Under the pieces are notes generated by a model. The model ran no database searches and was not told where the DNA came from. It worked only from the letters and a program-made list of their open reading frames with translations. The translations under genes were made by a program, and so were the position numbers. This document shows, piece by piece, positions 19,596 to 28,471 of a DNA stretch of 31,060 nucleotides. Where the stretch lies: NCBI GenBank assembly GCA_048884785.1, contig JBHLQM010000030.1, positions 6,240-37,299 of the forward strand, read 5' to 3'. Every line of letters begins with the position of its first letter. The stretch's first letter is position 1. This stretch comes from Candidatus Thorarchaeota archaeon (GTDB lineage Archaea > Asgardarchaeota > Thorarchaeia > Thorarchaeales > Thorarchaeaceae).

Positions 19596-21596
19596 TCAAG
19601 TGAGATAAGTTGGACATGGCCAGCTATCACATTTCAAACAGTGCGTGCATTTTCTTTCATCAACGGACGTCACACCATCCCTTAGATGAAGTGCCTCTTG
19701 TTCACATTGGGGAATACAAGTTCCACATCCTTGGCAAAACAGCGCTCGTGTGACGGCGCGTTCTATCTTCCTTGAGAGTTGTTCAATTTGACGTTCGTCT
19801 TCACCTCTGATCACAAGAGAGCCCGAGTTAAACATCATTATCGCATTCTTACCGGCTATGGTTCTTAAGGCGCCCAATTCTTCAGAGTATTTAGTTGGTC
19901 CGAAGATACGCATAACCTCTGAAACACGATCAAGATCAATCCCTTTTGAGAACTGACCTTCCAGGCTAAAGCCTGAGGAAGTGCATGGTGAAACGCCCTT
20001 GACAATATCTAGCTTCATGGCTTCAGAGGGAGATTGTCTCTCCATCTCAATCTCCAGCTGCAATTCCTCTACAAGTTTCATCTGACCGGGAGGCAGTTTC
20101 TTCCATCGCCAGAATCCATGAGAAACCCATTCAGAGGGGTATCTTAGTTTCTCTGCCCACTCAGAGAGCTTGTCCTCCCACCGCCTGTATAAGTCAGGAT
20201 GTGTTTCGCTGAGACTGTGAAACTCTGCGAGAGGAGATGAAGGGCATAGATAACAGCCCATTCGGTGATACCCTTGATTATAGAGGGGATTGAAAGAAGC
20301 CTTCTCACGGAAGATATACAACCAGACTTCGAGCGCATTCCAATTCTGTATTGGGTTGGCGGAAGTCTGTCCGGGAACCCATGGATTTGAGGTGACTCTT
20401 GGTTCAATCGATCGTTGAAATGACTCCAATTTGCGCTGGCCCATGAAAGATAGACTCCTTCCTCCCAAATGTTCAGAGATTGATGTGGCTGCAGGGCCAA
20501 GCTTCAGGACCTTGCAACACCATCGAAAATCACGCGCAGGTGGACCAAAAACATCGACTGATTCCCAGAACTGCTCATTTGCCGCCTGCGTTATTATCTT
20601 GGCGTTGTGCTGTTCTGCAAACTCATTGATATGTTGAAGAGTTTCTGGGAGCTCTAATCCGGTGTCCAAAAAGAACATCGGCGGACTCATTCCAGTAGCT
20701 TTCTCTACGACAAGATAGGTTGCCAATGAGTCCTTTCCTCCACTGAATCCAACAACCACGGGTGCATCCACTTTTTCAATTGTACGTCTAATGAATTCCA
20801 TAGCTTCTCGTTCGATTCGTTCAATGTCTGCTGAATTTGATGCAACAACATGGTCCCACGTGGCAGATTTCTCATTGACATTTGATTTAGATGGGTCTGC
20901 TACCTCTCGTATCTTGACAGCATGTCCCTTCTCTGACTTCGCCATCTCTGGGCCAGTCATCTTTGCCGTTCCTACCCCAATAACTGAACCATCAGGGTCA
21001 ATGATCCATACATCATCATCAAGTTCTATCCCTGAGTCACAGCCCACAACACCAGGAACGAGCAGATTGGCACCTTCTTTTAGAAATTTCAACACGCCTT
21101 CATGACATGACACCCATTTTTGACGAGCAATGCTCCCAACTCTTCTACCGCCCTCCAAGGAGAGAAGAAATCTGTAGTCTTTGATAGGAATATCAAAACG
21201 ATAGCGACCAACCATCTGGCCATCTACAATGAACTCATACATAGCATCAAGTGATGAAACTTTATTCATCACAATGGTCTTGTCTGCCGGCAGAAGATGA
21301 GATCCAATCCCCTCTCCAAATTGTGCATCCAATGTTCTTCTGGCACTTCTGATGTGACCATCCATGGCAGGATACGGGTCCCCGGGAGGAGAGAGTGGTA
21401 CTTCTCGAGACATAGTTCCACATGTTGAACATTCTGTCAATGCAATTCGAGGCACGTTGCATGTGTCGCACCAGTAGAATCGTATTTTGGTCAGATACGG
21501 AGGATGGCCTCTTCTGAATGTTCTCTTGCGACGCGTTTTTTTCGCCAGGGCTATCAGACTCCAGTTATTACGGGCTGCTTTCGATTCACATGTCAA
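19596..21596 (-). CDS. PAPS-reductase-family (PP-loop) protein with N-terminal Zn ribbon, PUA domain and C-terminal ferredoxin-like Fe-S domain
   Basis: WCDTCNVP...CSTCG; PUA (GANLLVPGV...D.V.I......GVG); FSGGKDS, DTGLELPET, RWCCKVLK, GQRKLESFQRS, NPLY.QGY.RMGCYLCP; CQGCGTC...C and CTHCLKC...CP. Start uncertain (TTG 21596 or CTG 21548). Confidence 0.85.
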   Translation of the reverse strand: MTCESKAARNNWSLIALAKKTRRKRTFRRGHPPYLTKIRFYWCDTCNVPRIALTECSTCGTMSREVPLSPPGDPYPAMDGHIRSARRTLDAQFGEGIGSHLLPADKTIVMNKVSSLDAMYEFIVDGQMVGRYRFDIPIKDYRFLLSLEGGRRVGSIARQKWVSCHEGVLKFLKEGANLLVPGVVGCDSGIELDDDVWIIDPDGSVIGVGTAKMTGPEMAKSEKGHAVKIREVADPSKSNVNEKSATWDHVVASNSADIERIEREAMEFIRRTIEKVDAPVVVGFSGGKDSLATYLVVEKATGMSPPMFFLDTGLELPETLQHINEFAEQHNAKIITQAANEQFWESVDVFGPPARDFRWCCKVLKLGPAATSISEHLGGRSLSFMGQRKLESFQRSIEPRVTSNPWVPGQTSANPIQNWNALEVWLYIFREKASFNPLYNQGYHRMGCYLCPSSPLAEFHSLSETHPDLYRRWEDKLSEWAEKLRYPSEWVSHGFWRWKKLPPGQMKLVEELQLEIEMERQSPSEAMKLDIVKGVSPCTSSGFSLEGQFSKGIDLDRVSEVMRIFGPTKYSEELGALRTIAGKNAIMMFNSGSLVIRGEDERQIEQLSRKIERAVTRALFCQGCGTCIPQCEQEALHLRDGVTSVDERKCTHCLKCDSWPCPTYLT

Positions 21597-21609
21597 TATC
21601 GTCTTATCG

Positions 21610-23409
21610 CTAGCTGCCAATTCCGAGCTTCTCAAGAGTCTGCTTGGTTGGATTCCCTTGGGCATCCCAGCCGCGTATACGGTAGTACTCAGGCAGCATC
21701 TCGTCAATTAACGCAACACGATTTCTGGAGTTGCCCTCCGGCAAGGGTTTCGAGAATCGTGGAGGCAGTCGATCATCTTTGGTACCAAAGCCCTCTCGTA
21801 TATTGAACATGCGCTCCAGATTCCAGATCCTCTCACCAATCTTGAGAAACTCATGTCCACTCATCTCAAGGCCGGTACTGGCAGACACCATTTCAGCATA
21901 TATGTCAACGGGCCAAGCAAAATTGGTGAAGCGGCACACAATCATTGTATCCATGGCAGCAGAGAGGTCCTGGTAGAGTTTGACAAGACCGGGTTTTCCA
22001 TTTGTTCTATCACGGTCCACAAGAACAGGGCTTCCCATGATCTCAGGTCCGATGAGGTAGGACCGCAAGTGACATCCACCTCTATTGGACGTGGCATATC
22101 CAAGAGCGTGACCCTGCACTCCACGAGGGTCATATGCAGGAATCTCAAGGCCCTTGGCATGCATGGCAAGTTCTGGAGCTCCGTACTTTTCTGCAAGTCT
22201 GCGAGAACCCTCGCTGAGGTCTGCTCCCAACCCTCGCTTGTATGCAATGTCTTCAATCAGTTCAAGCACGCCAGTGGTGCTTCCAAATTTAAGATGGGTC
22301 TCCAGCTTTCCTTCTTGTGCCAACTCCATGGCACACCCGATAGTACTTCCTACAGATATTGTATCTACACCCATTAGATTACAATGATGGTTGGCTTCTG
22401 TAATCCATTCTAGGTCATTGATTCCACATTGTGGTCCGAGAGCCCAAATACTCTCATACTCGGGTCCGCCTACAACCTTTCCGTGGACTCTACTCACTCT
22501 ACCGCATCCTATTGGACAACCAAAGCAGTTGTAGGTCTTCTCAGAGAACCGCTCAAGGAGTTTCTCTCCTGAAACACCTTCGGCATCATTGAAGTTGCCT
22601 TCCTGGAAATTATTCGTGGGCAGCATTCCGTACTCGTTTATAACATTGACAAGGACAGCTGTACCATACACTGGAAGTGCTTTGTCAGTGACACTATTCT
22701 TCTTAATGAGACGCCGCGCTCGTGTTACAACTTCATCCAAACGTTCCTTGTCTTGAGGCGTGATGGATTTTTGTCCTCGAGCCACAATCGCCTTCACGCC
22801 CTTGGACCCCATCACAGCACCAACGCCACCACGCCCAGCTGCTCTATGTTTGTCATTCATTATTGCAGCAAGTTTGACCAGGTTCTCTCCTGCGGGCCCG
22901 ATGCATGCAACCTGTGCCTTAGCATCTGTTTCTTCTAGGAGCATATCCGTTGTTTGTTCTACGTCCTTCCCCCATACCTTTGATGCGTCGCGTATCTCCA
23001 CATCATCATCATTGATCCAGAGGTATACTGGCCGCTCAGATTTGCCAGTTAACACAACTGCAGCATAGCCTGCTCGTCTGAGCTGTGGTCCAAAGTACCC
23101 TCCACAATTTGAGTCAAATATAGTTCCTGTCTGAGGAGACTTTGTAACAACTATGAAACGGCCTGCAGTAGGTACTGTTGTCGCTGTACTCGGACCTACG
23201 GTAACGATAAGCCAGTTATCGGGCGAGAGAGGATCTATTCCTGGTGCGAGATTGTCATAGAGAAGTTTGACTCCAAGACCGCGTCCGCCGAGATATTTCT
23301 TGTAGATTCCATCTGGAACTCTCTCTTTCTTAATATCATACGAATCGAGCGATACGTAGAGAATCATTGAGTCTTCATAGGGTTGTGCTGGGTTGATCTC
23401 GGTCATCAC
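21610..23409 (-). CDS. aor: Tungsten-containing aldehyde:ferredoxin oxidoreductase
   Basis: YLGGRGLG, KSPQTG, CIGPAGENLV, RAAGRGGVGAVMGSKGVKA, CFGCPIGC, GPEYE, DTIS.G, RGGCH, VCRF, EYY..RGWD..G.P. Confidence 0.93.
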   Translation of the reverse strand: MMTEINPAQPYEDSMILYVSLDSYDIKKERVPDGIYKKYLGGRGLGVKLLYDNLAPGIDPLSPDNWLIVTVGPSTATTVPTAGRFIVVTKSPQTGTIFDSNCGGYFGPQLRRAGYAAVVLTGKSERPVYLWINDDDVEIRDASKVWGKDVEQTTDMLLEETDAKAQVACIGPAGENLVKLAAIMNDKHRAAGRGGVGAVMGSKGVKAIVARGQKSITPQDKERLDEVVTRARRLIKKNSVTDKALPVYGTAVLVNVINEYGMLPTNNFQEGNFNDAEGVSGEKLLERFSEKTYNCFGCPIGCGRVSRVHGKVVGGPEYESIWALGPQCGINDLEWITEANHHCNLMGVDTISVGSTIGCAMELAQEGKLETHLKFGSTTGVLELIEDIAYKRGLGADLSEGSRRLAEKYGAPELAMHAKGLEIPAYDPRGVQGHALGYATSNRGGCHLRSYLIGPEIMGSPVLVDRDRTNGKPGLVKLYQDLSAAMDTMIVCRFTNFAWPVDIYAEMVSASTGLEMSGHEFLKIGERIWNLERMFNIREGFGTKDDRLPPRFSKPLPEGNSRNRVALIDEMLPEYYRIRGWDAQGNPTKQTLEKLGIGS

Positions 23410-23418
23410 TTGTAGCTC

Positions 23419-24240
23419 CTAATCGTAGAAAATATTCTGGTCGCTGTGTTCGCAGGTAACACATCGTTGCTTGTACCAGAGGTAGACCTCTTTTGGTTGC
23501 TTTGCCATGCTTGCTTGTCTACTTGGACAAGTCCAGCAGGGTTTGTCGGGCTCCAGCCACGCATCGCTATACTGTGCCCATCGAAAGTCTTCAATAATAG
23601 CTACCCCTGCACTTGCCCCAATCCTGTCTGCTCCTGCCTCAATTACTCTAAACGCATCTTTGAACGTGCTAATGCCTCCTGCGGCTTTGACGCCCATGTT
23701 AGGACCAACAGTTTCTCTCATCAGACGAACATCATGGGGAGTAGCCCCCATCGGTCCAAAACCAGTAGATGTCTTGACAAAGTGTGCCCCCGCCTCTTTG
23801 CAGATAAGACAGGCCTGAATCTTTTGCTCATCAACAAGGAAACCTGTTTCTAGAATGACCTTCACGTGTGCGTCACCTGATGCTGCAACCACGGCCTCTA
23901 TGTCACTTTTCACCAAGTCGGTATTTCCATCACGCAATGCACCCACATTCATGACCATATCAATCTCAGAAGCTCCATTGGCAACGGCTTCTTTGGCTTC
24001 AAATGCCTTGGATTTGGATGTCATTGCACCCAATGGAAAGCCGACAACACTGCATACTTTAACATCTGAGTCCTTTAGCAGTTCTGCAGCATATTCCACA
24101 TGAACTGAGTTAATGCATACGGCTACAAATCCATATGTGAGTGCTTCATCACAGATCTCTTTCACCTTGCTTCTCTTTGTATCTGCTTTGAGAACGGTAT
24201 GATCAATCATCTTTGCAAGTTTTTCAACCGTGAGGTCCAT
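23419..24240 (-). CDS. deoC: 2-deoxyribose-5-phosphate aldolase with ~56-aa C-terminal four-Cys extension
   Basis: [29 protein letters not shown], Schiff-base [20 protein letters not shown]. Confidence 0.95.
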   Translation of the reverse strand: MDLTVEKLAKMIDHTVLKADTKRSKVKEICDEALTYGFVAVCINSVHVEYAAELLKDSDVKVCSVVGFPLGAMTSKSKAFEAKEAVANGASEIDMVMNVGALRDGNTDLVKSDIEAVVAASGDAHVKVILETGFLVDEQKIQACLICKEAGAHFVKTSTGFGPMGATPHDVRLMRETVGPNMGVKAAGGISTFKDAFRVIEAGADRIGASAGVAIIEDFRWAQYSDAWLEPDKPCWTCPSRQASMAKQPKEVYLWYKQRCVTCEHSDQNIFYD

Positions 24241-24397
24241 GAAACCAGCTCCAGAGGTTTGGTCTGTTCTCTGGTGCTATTAACATCTTCGCATATGCAA
24301 ATTGTCAACCAGAATTTCTTTGAAAACTAATTGGTCAAAGTCCTATTCTACTCGCCCATGCATTTCTCCAATATCCTGGAATGCGACGATGTAGAAG

Positions 24398-24748
24398 TTA
24401 TCTTCCACCAAGATAGCTACGGATATCATCAAGAACCTCTTTCTGCAGTCTGATAACGTCATGCACTTCAATTTCCTCAGCGTCATTGACTCCAGAATTT
24501 AATTGAACAACGGTTCCGACAGCCTCTATCTTATCAAATCCAACAGGAAATTCAACTTCTGCACCCTTCACAATTAGCTCGGTACGTGTTGGATTTAGGG
24601 CGATTCTAACACTTCTGACAATGCCTATTCTCCGTGCCCTACTATCGAGCACTTCCTTACCAAGAATTCTCCCGGGCATGCTTAGCTCGTACAGCTCAGC
24701 CTCAATGCTAGGCATGTCGTCTTTGTTCACCATATCTTGTAGCACCAT
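24398..24748 (-). CDS. PRC-barrel domain protein
   Basis: ILGKEVLDSRARRIGIVRSVRI...ELIVK....FPVGFDKIEAVGTVVQL fits the PRC-barrel pattern; extra C-terminal helix. Confidence 0.75.
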   Translation of the reverse strand: MVLQDMVNKDDMPSIEAELYELSMPGRILGKEVLDSRARRIGIVRSVRIALNPTRTELIVKGAEVEFPVGFDKIEAVGTVVQLNSGVNDAEEIEVHDVIRLQKEVLDDIRSYLGGR

Positions 24749-24818
24749 AGATTCGAGTATGTAGGAGCCTTTTTACAGTGTGTAATACCATCTGATAATA
24801 GGAATATTCGGAATTGGT

Positions 24819-27137
24819 GTGAAACTGAACTTGAAGAATAAGGCAGATACTGTCGAGTGGCCTATGGTCAAGAGCGGAACTGTCGATTATAGAGAATATC
24901 AGCTGAACTTGGCTAGTATCGCTGCCACTAATAACACTCTCATTGTCTTGAGTACAGGTCTTGGAAAGACAGTGATAGCAGGTCTTGTTGCCGCAAAACG
25001 ACTTGCAGATTTCCCAGAATCTAAAGTAGTGTTTCTGGCCCCTTCGAGACCTCTCGCAGACCAGCAAGCAAGATTCCTAAGACGCATTTTAGACCTCGAT
25101 GAGAGTGATGTGGTCTGCCTTACAGGACATGATGGCCCCGAGAGAAGACGCGAAGTCTGGAACCTAGTCAGAGTTATTTCTATGACCCCACAAGCCCTGC
25201 AAAACGATTTGATTCAGAGAAGCTACGATTTGAGTAATGTTTCCTTAATCGTCTATGATGAGGCGCATCGTGGAGTTGGCGACTATGCATATACCTTTGT
25301 TGCGGAACTCTATGAAAAACAGGGTAAGAACCCCTTAGGACTAGGTCTGACTGCCTCTCCAGGACATCAAGCTGACCAAGTTCGTACAGTATGTAAGAAT
25401 CTCAATCTGAATCAAGTGGAGATTCGAACTGAAAAGAGCCCAGATGTTCGTGGCTATATCGTGTCGGTTGAGAGTGACATACGATTTATCAATCTGCCAT
25501 CAGAGGTGGAGGTCCTTCGTGACCTTCTTTTTTCTCTTCTAGATGATTACCTTTCCCCAGTTAGAGATCATGGCTATTCCCTGCCCAACAGTAGAAGACT
25601 CAGTAAGAAGGAGATACTGAGGACGCAGGCGCTTGTTCGCAAGGAACTTGGCACGCAGACCAATCCATCACCAAAGCTCTTTCTACTAATCAGGAACCTC
25701 ACAGCGGCTCTAAGAATTGCGTATCTGATTGAGTTCGTTGGGACCCAAGGGCTTTCACCAACACTTCGATATATTCAAGGAATGTATGAAGAGATACGCA
25801 ACAAAAAGAGCTCGAAAGGTGTCAAAGACCTTGTTTCGCGTTCTGAGTTTACTCAGTTTGAGAATCTACTTCAGGCCTTGGTTTCAAAGGGGTATCGACA
25901 TCCGAAAGCAGACGCCCTCCTTGAGTTGGTCAGCGAACAGCTCTCGATCAACCTCGACTCAAGAATTCTCATCTTTACGAGGTTTAGAGACACAGCTGCG
26001 GAGGTTGCAGAAACACTGGAAGAGCTTGATGATGTCAGGATAAGCAGATTTGTGGGTCAGAGCTCGAAGGGCATAGACAAGGGATTCAGTCAGAAGAAAC
26101 AGATAGAGGTGCTTGACGGGTTCAGGAGCAATGAGTTCAATGTCCTTGTTGCTACTCAAGTTGGCGAAGAAGGACTTGACATACCAGAATGTAACTTGGT
26201 AATATTCTATGATTGCGTGCCTTCGGTTGTCCCGTATATTCAGCGAAAGGGAAGAACAGGGAGACAGGCGCCTGGAAAAGTTGTGATTTTTGTTGCAAAG
26301 GGAACTCATGACGAGTTCTACCATTGGAGTGTGATTAGCAAGTTGAAGAAGATGCCATCTGCGTTGAAAGAGGTTGAGGAAGAACCAGATGATAAACAGA
26401 CGAGCTTGGATGAGTTTGTTGATGAGAGAATTCCGGTTGATGGCACTGAAGAAGCTAGTTTCAAACACCGACCGTCAGATGATAAGGTAAAGATGATAGT
26501 TGATTCCCGAGAGCTTCCGACAGCTGTTGCTAGGGAACTGACACGTCTCGATGTGGTGATATCTGGTGAGAGTCTCGAGATTGGAGATTATATAGCTTCA
26601 GAGGAAGTGGGTATTGAGCGAAAGGAATCAATGGACTTCATCCAATCCCTCATCGATGGTAGATTGTTCGTCCAACTGAGTGCGTTGAGGTCGGCGTATC
26701 GCAGGCCTGTGCTCATAATCGAAGGAGAGCAAATTACGGGACTGAGAGCGGTGAATCCAGCCTCTATCTATGGTGCACTTGCATCCATTGCTATAAGGAT
26801 TCAAGTTCCGATCATATGGACTCGCAATGCAGAAGAAACTGCAAATGTCCTGTATCGCATTGCGCATATGGAACAGATCGACGCTAGGAAACCTCTTAGA
26901 ACACGCTCCGGCGATGCAGGGGGTTCTGATGCAGAAACCTTGGAGTACATTCTATCAGGGTTTCCAGGGATAGATACTGTGACATCGCGTAGCATCCTGG
27001 CAGAGTTTGGCACACTTGAGAAGATCTTCTCTGCAGAAATGAAAGACCTTCAAAGAGTCAAGGGAGTAGGTCCAAAGATTGCAGGAAGAATTCGGAGGCT
27101 TTTGACTACAGAATATCCAGCTCATGTGGAGAGTTAG
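24819..27137 (+). CDS. hef: Hef: SF2 (FANCM/Mph1-like) helicase fused to an ERCC4/XPF nuclease and HhH domain
   Basis: REYQ, STGLGKT, LAPSRPL, DEAH, GLTASP, HPK, ATQVGEEGLDI, QRKGRTGR; nuclease VDSRE, GDY, IERK; HhH FPGID and VKGVGPK. Confidence 0.95.
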   Translation: MKLNLKNKADTVEWPMVKSGTVDYREYQLNLASIAATNNTLIVLSTGLGKTVIAGLVAAKRLADFPESKVVFLAPSRPLADQQARFLRRILDLDESDVVCLTGHDGPERRREVWNLVRVISMTPQALQNDLIQRSYDLSNVSLIVYDEAHRGVGDYAYTFVAELYEKQGKNPLGLGLTASPGHQADQVRTVCKNLNLNQVEIRTEKSPDVRGYIVSVESDIRFINLPSEVEVLRDLLFSLLDDYLSPVRDHGYSLPNSRRLSKKEILRTQALVRKELGTQTNPSPKLFLLIRNLTAALRIAYLIEFVGTQGLSPTLRYIQGMYEEIRNKKSSKGVKDLVSRSEFTQFENLLQALVSKGYRHPKADALLELVSEQLSINLDSRILIFTRFRDTAAEVAETLEELDDVRISRFVGQSSKGIDKGFSQKKQIEVLDGFRSNEFNVLVATQVGEEGLDIPECNLVIFYDCVPSVVPYIQRKGRTGRQAPGKVVIFVAKGTHDEFYHWSVISKLKKMPSALKEVEEEPDDKQTSLDEFVDERIPVDGTEEASFKHRPSDDKVKMIVDSRELPTAVARELTRLDVVISGESLEIGDYIASEEVGIERKESMDFIQSLIDGRLFVQLSALRSAYRRPVLIIEGEQITGLRAVNPASIYGALASIAIRIQVPIIWTRNAEETANVLYRIAHMEQIDARKPLRTRSGDAGGSDAETLEYILSGFPGIDTVTSRSILAEFGTLEKIFSAEMKDLQRVKGVGPKIAGRIRRLLTTEYPAHVES

Positions 27138-27145
27138 AGTCCACT

Positions 27146-27847
27146 CTAGAATACCTCGGGATTCTTGCCCTTACCTCTACGATAGGCATCCCGAAGGACA
27201 TCATTGATTCTCCGATGAACCTTCCAGTATTCTTCATAGTCTTGGTCATCTAGACGAACTACGCTGAGGATTCGTCGAAACATCACGTATAGCTTGGGAT
27301 CAATCTCACAGGCGTCCCGTAGAGTCTCCTTGGCACGCTCAAGACCCCGAGTCATTATATCACTGCGAGCCTGAAAGTCCTTCTGAAGAATCTCCATCTC
27401 CTCATTATCTTTCATTACCAGACCAAGCTGTTTCATCACGCCCACTAGGTCAAGGGTCCGGTCCAAGTCTGTAGAGCTCCTATCTGGCAGGCCGTCCATG
27501 TCACCTGTAGCAATGAAGATATTCTCAGCTGTTGCACGCCAGATCTTCTTCATTATGTGACTATCACCGTTGCCAGTGGGCTCGTAGCCATCCTGCTCGA
27601 TGAGTCCGCACTTTTCAAGTTCCTTTAGATGATAGCGTACGGTCTGTGGTTTCACAGCCTTGTCACAAGTTGGGTCTGAGAGAAAATCAACAAGCTCGGA
27701 CGTGGACATTCGTCGGGCTCTAAGTGCGTGCAGGATCTGCCGGCGGTTCTCATCATTCAATGCCTTTACTGCGTCTATTGCCTGCGTCCCTGTAAGTACT
27801 TTCAAGGTGTCAATGTTTTTCAAGCCCTGCATCAAAGTTTCCTCCAT
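27146..27847 (-). CDS. ArsR-type winged-helix transcriptional regulator with C-terminal helical domain
   Basis: KALNDENRRQILHAL....MSTSEL...KPQTVRYHLKELEKCGLIE...KKIWRATA. Confidence 0.8.
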   Translation of the reverse strand: MEETLMQGLKNIDTLKVLTGTQAIDAVKALNDENRRQILHALRARRMSTSELVDFLSDPTCDKAVKPQTVRYHLKELEKCGLIEQDGYEPTGNGDSHIMKKIWRATAENIFIATGDMDGLPDRSSTDLDRTLDLVGVMKQLGLVMKDNEEMEILQKDFQARSDIMTRGLERAKETLRDACEIDPKLYVMFRRILSVVRLDDQDYEEYWKVHRRINDVLRDAYRRGKGKNPEVF

Positions 27848-27888
27848 CGACCCGGTATCCGATTCAAGTTACGAAGCCTGAGACACCT

Positions 27889-27907
27889 AATAGCCGCCCT
27901 GGCTATT
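27889..27907. promoter_or_regulatory. Inverted repeat AATAGCC-N5-GGCTATT, candidate operator
   Basis: Perfect 7-bp arms 42-60 nt upstream of the ArsR-type gene start. Confidence 0.4.
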
Positions 27908-27954
27908 GGTATCTAATTCTCTCTCTAATAGTTTAATGTTCTAAATTCACGTAT

Positions 27955-28200
27955 CTATGCTGGGACGTAAATCCATTGCCTCATGTCTTGTAGGCATGGA
28001 ACACGTTTGATTAATTTCCTCTTCAGTAGCTTTCGAAGAGCGTATCTGACAGTTCTGGGTGCGAATGAAACCTTGTCCAAGAGCTGCTTGGGCGTTACGC
28101 CATCCTTGCCACTACTTCGGAGGATGTCGAGCACAATAAGCTGGCTCTTTGTGAGCTTCATTGTCTTGAGCTCTTCCTGGAGCTTTTCTTTGCTCATCAT
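27955..28200 (-). CDS. Small MarR-like winged-helix protein
   Basis: LTKSQLIVLDIL...GVTPKQL....FAPRTVRYALRKL....LI......DMRQ.IY; ATG at 28200 after GGAG. Confidence 0.8.
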   Translation of the reverse strand: MMSKEKLQEELKTMKLTKSQLIVLDILRSSGKDGVTPKQLLDKVSFAPRTVRYALRKLLKRKLIKRVPCLQDMRQWIYVPA

Positions 28201-28471
28201 TTTCTTTTCACCATTATAATTATCAATAGTTAAGGACTTGCCTCTAACCACTGTATATTAACATTACAAAGACCTTTATTAACTTATCGCAGTGTGGGAC
28301 CGCGGTAGAAAAGCGAAAGACTGCGGAGTTAGATGGTCATTTGAATTAGGCAATTTCATAGCTAGACCCCTAAGAATGGCGCCTATTAGGCAAATTGCCT
28401 CTCTGCAGGTGCGTTATTCATCTGGCCGGCAAACTCTATAACACCCTTGATGACTCAATACAGGACCAACA

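Noticed and set aside
21597-21707. 98-nt overlap of the PAPS-reductase-like ORF with aor
   Set aside because: The overlapping 5' part has no family similarity; a downstream start is more plausible.
24291-24340. GCATATGC palindrome and weak TTG(T/A)C repeats upstream of deoC
   Set aside because: Too short or degenerate to call an operator without comparative data.
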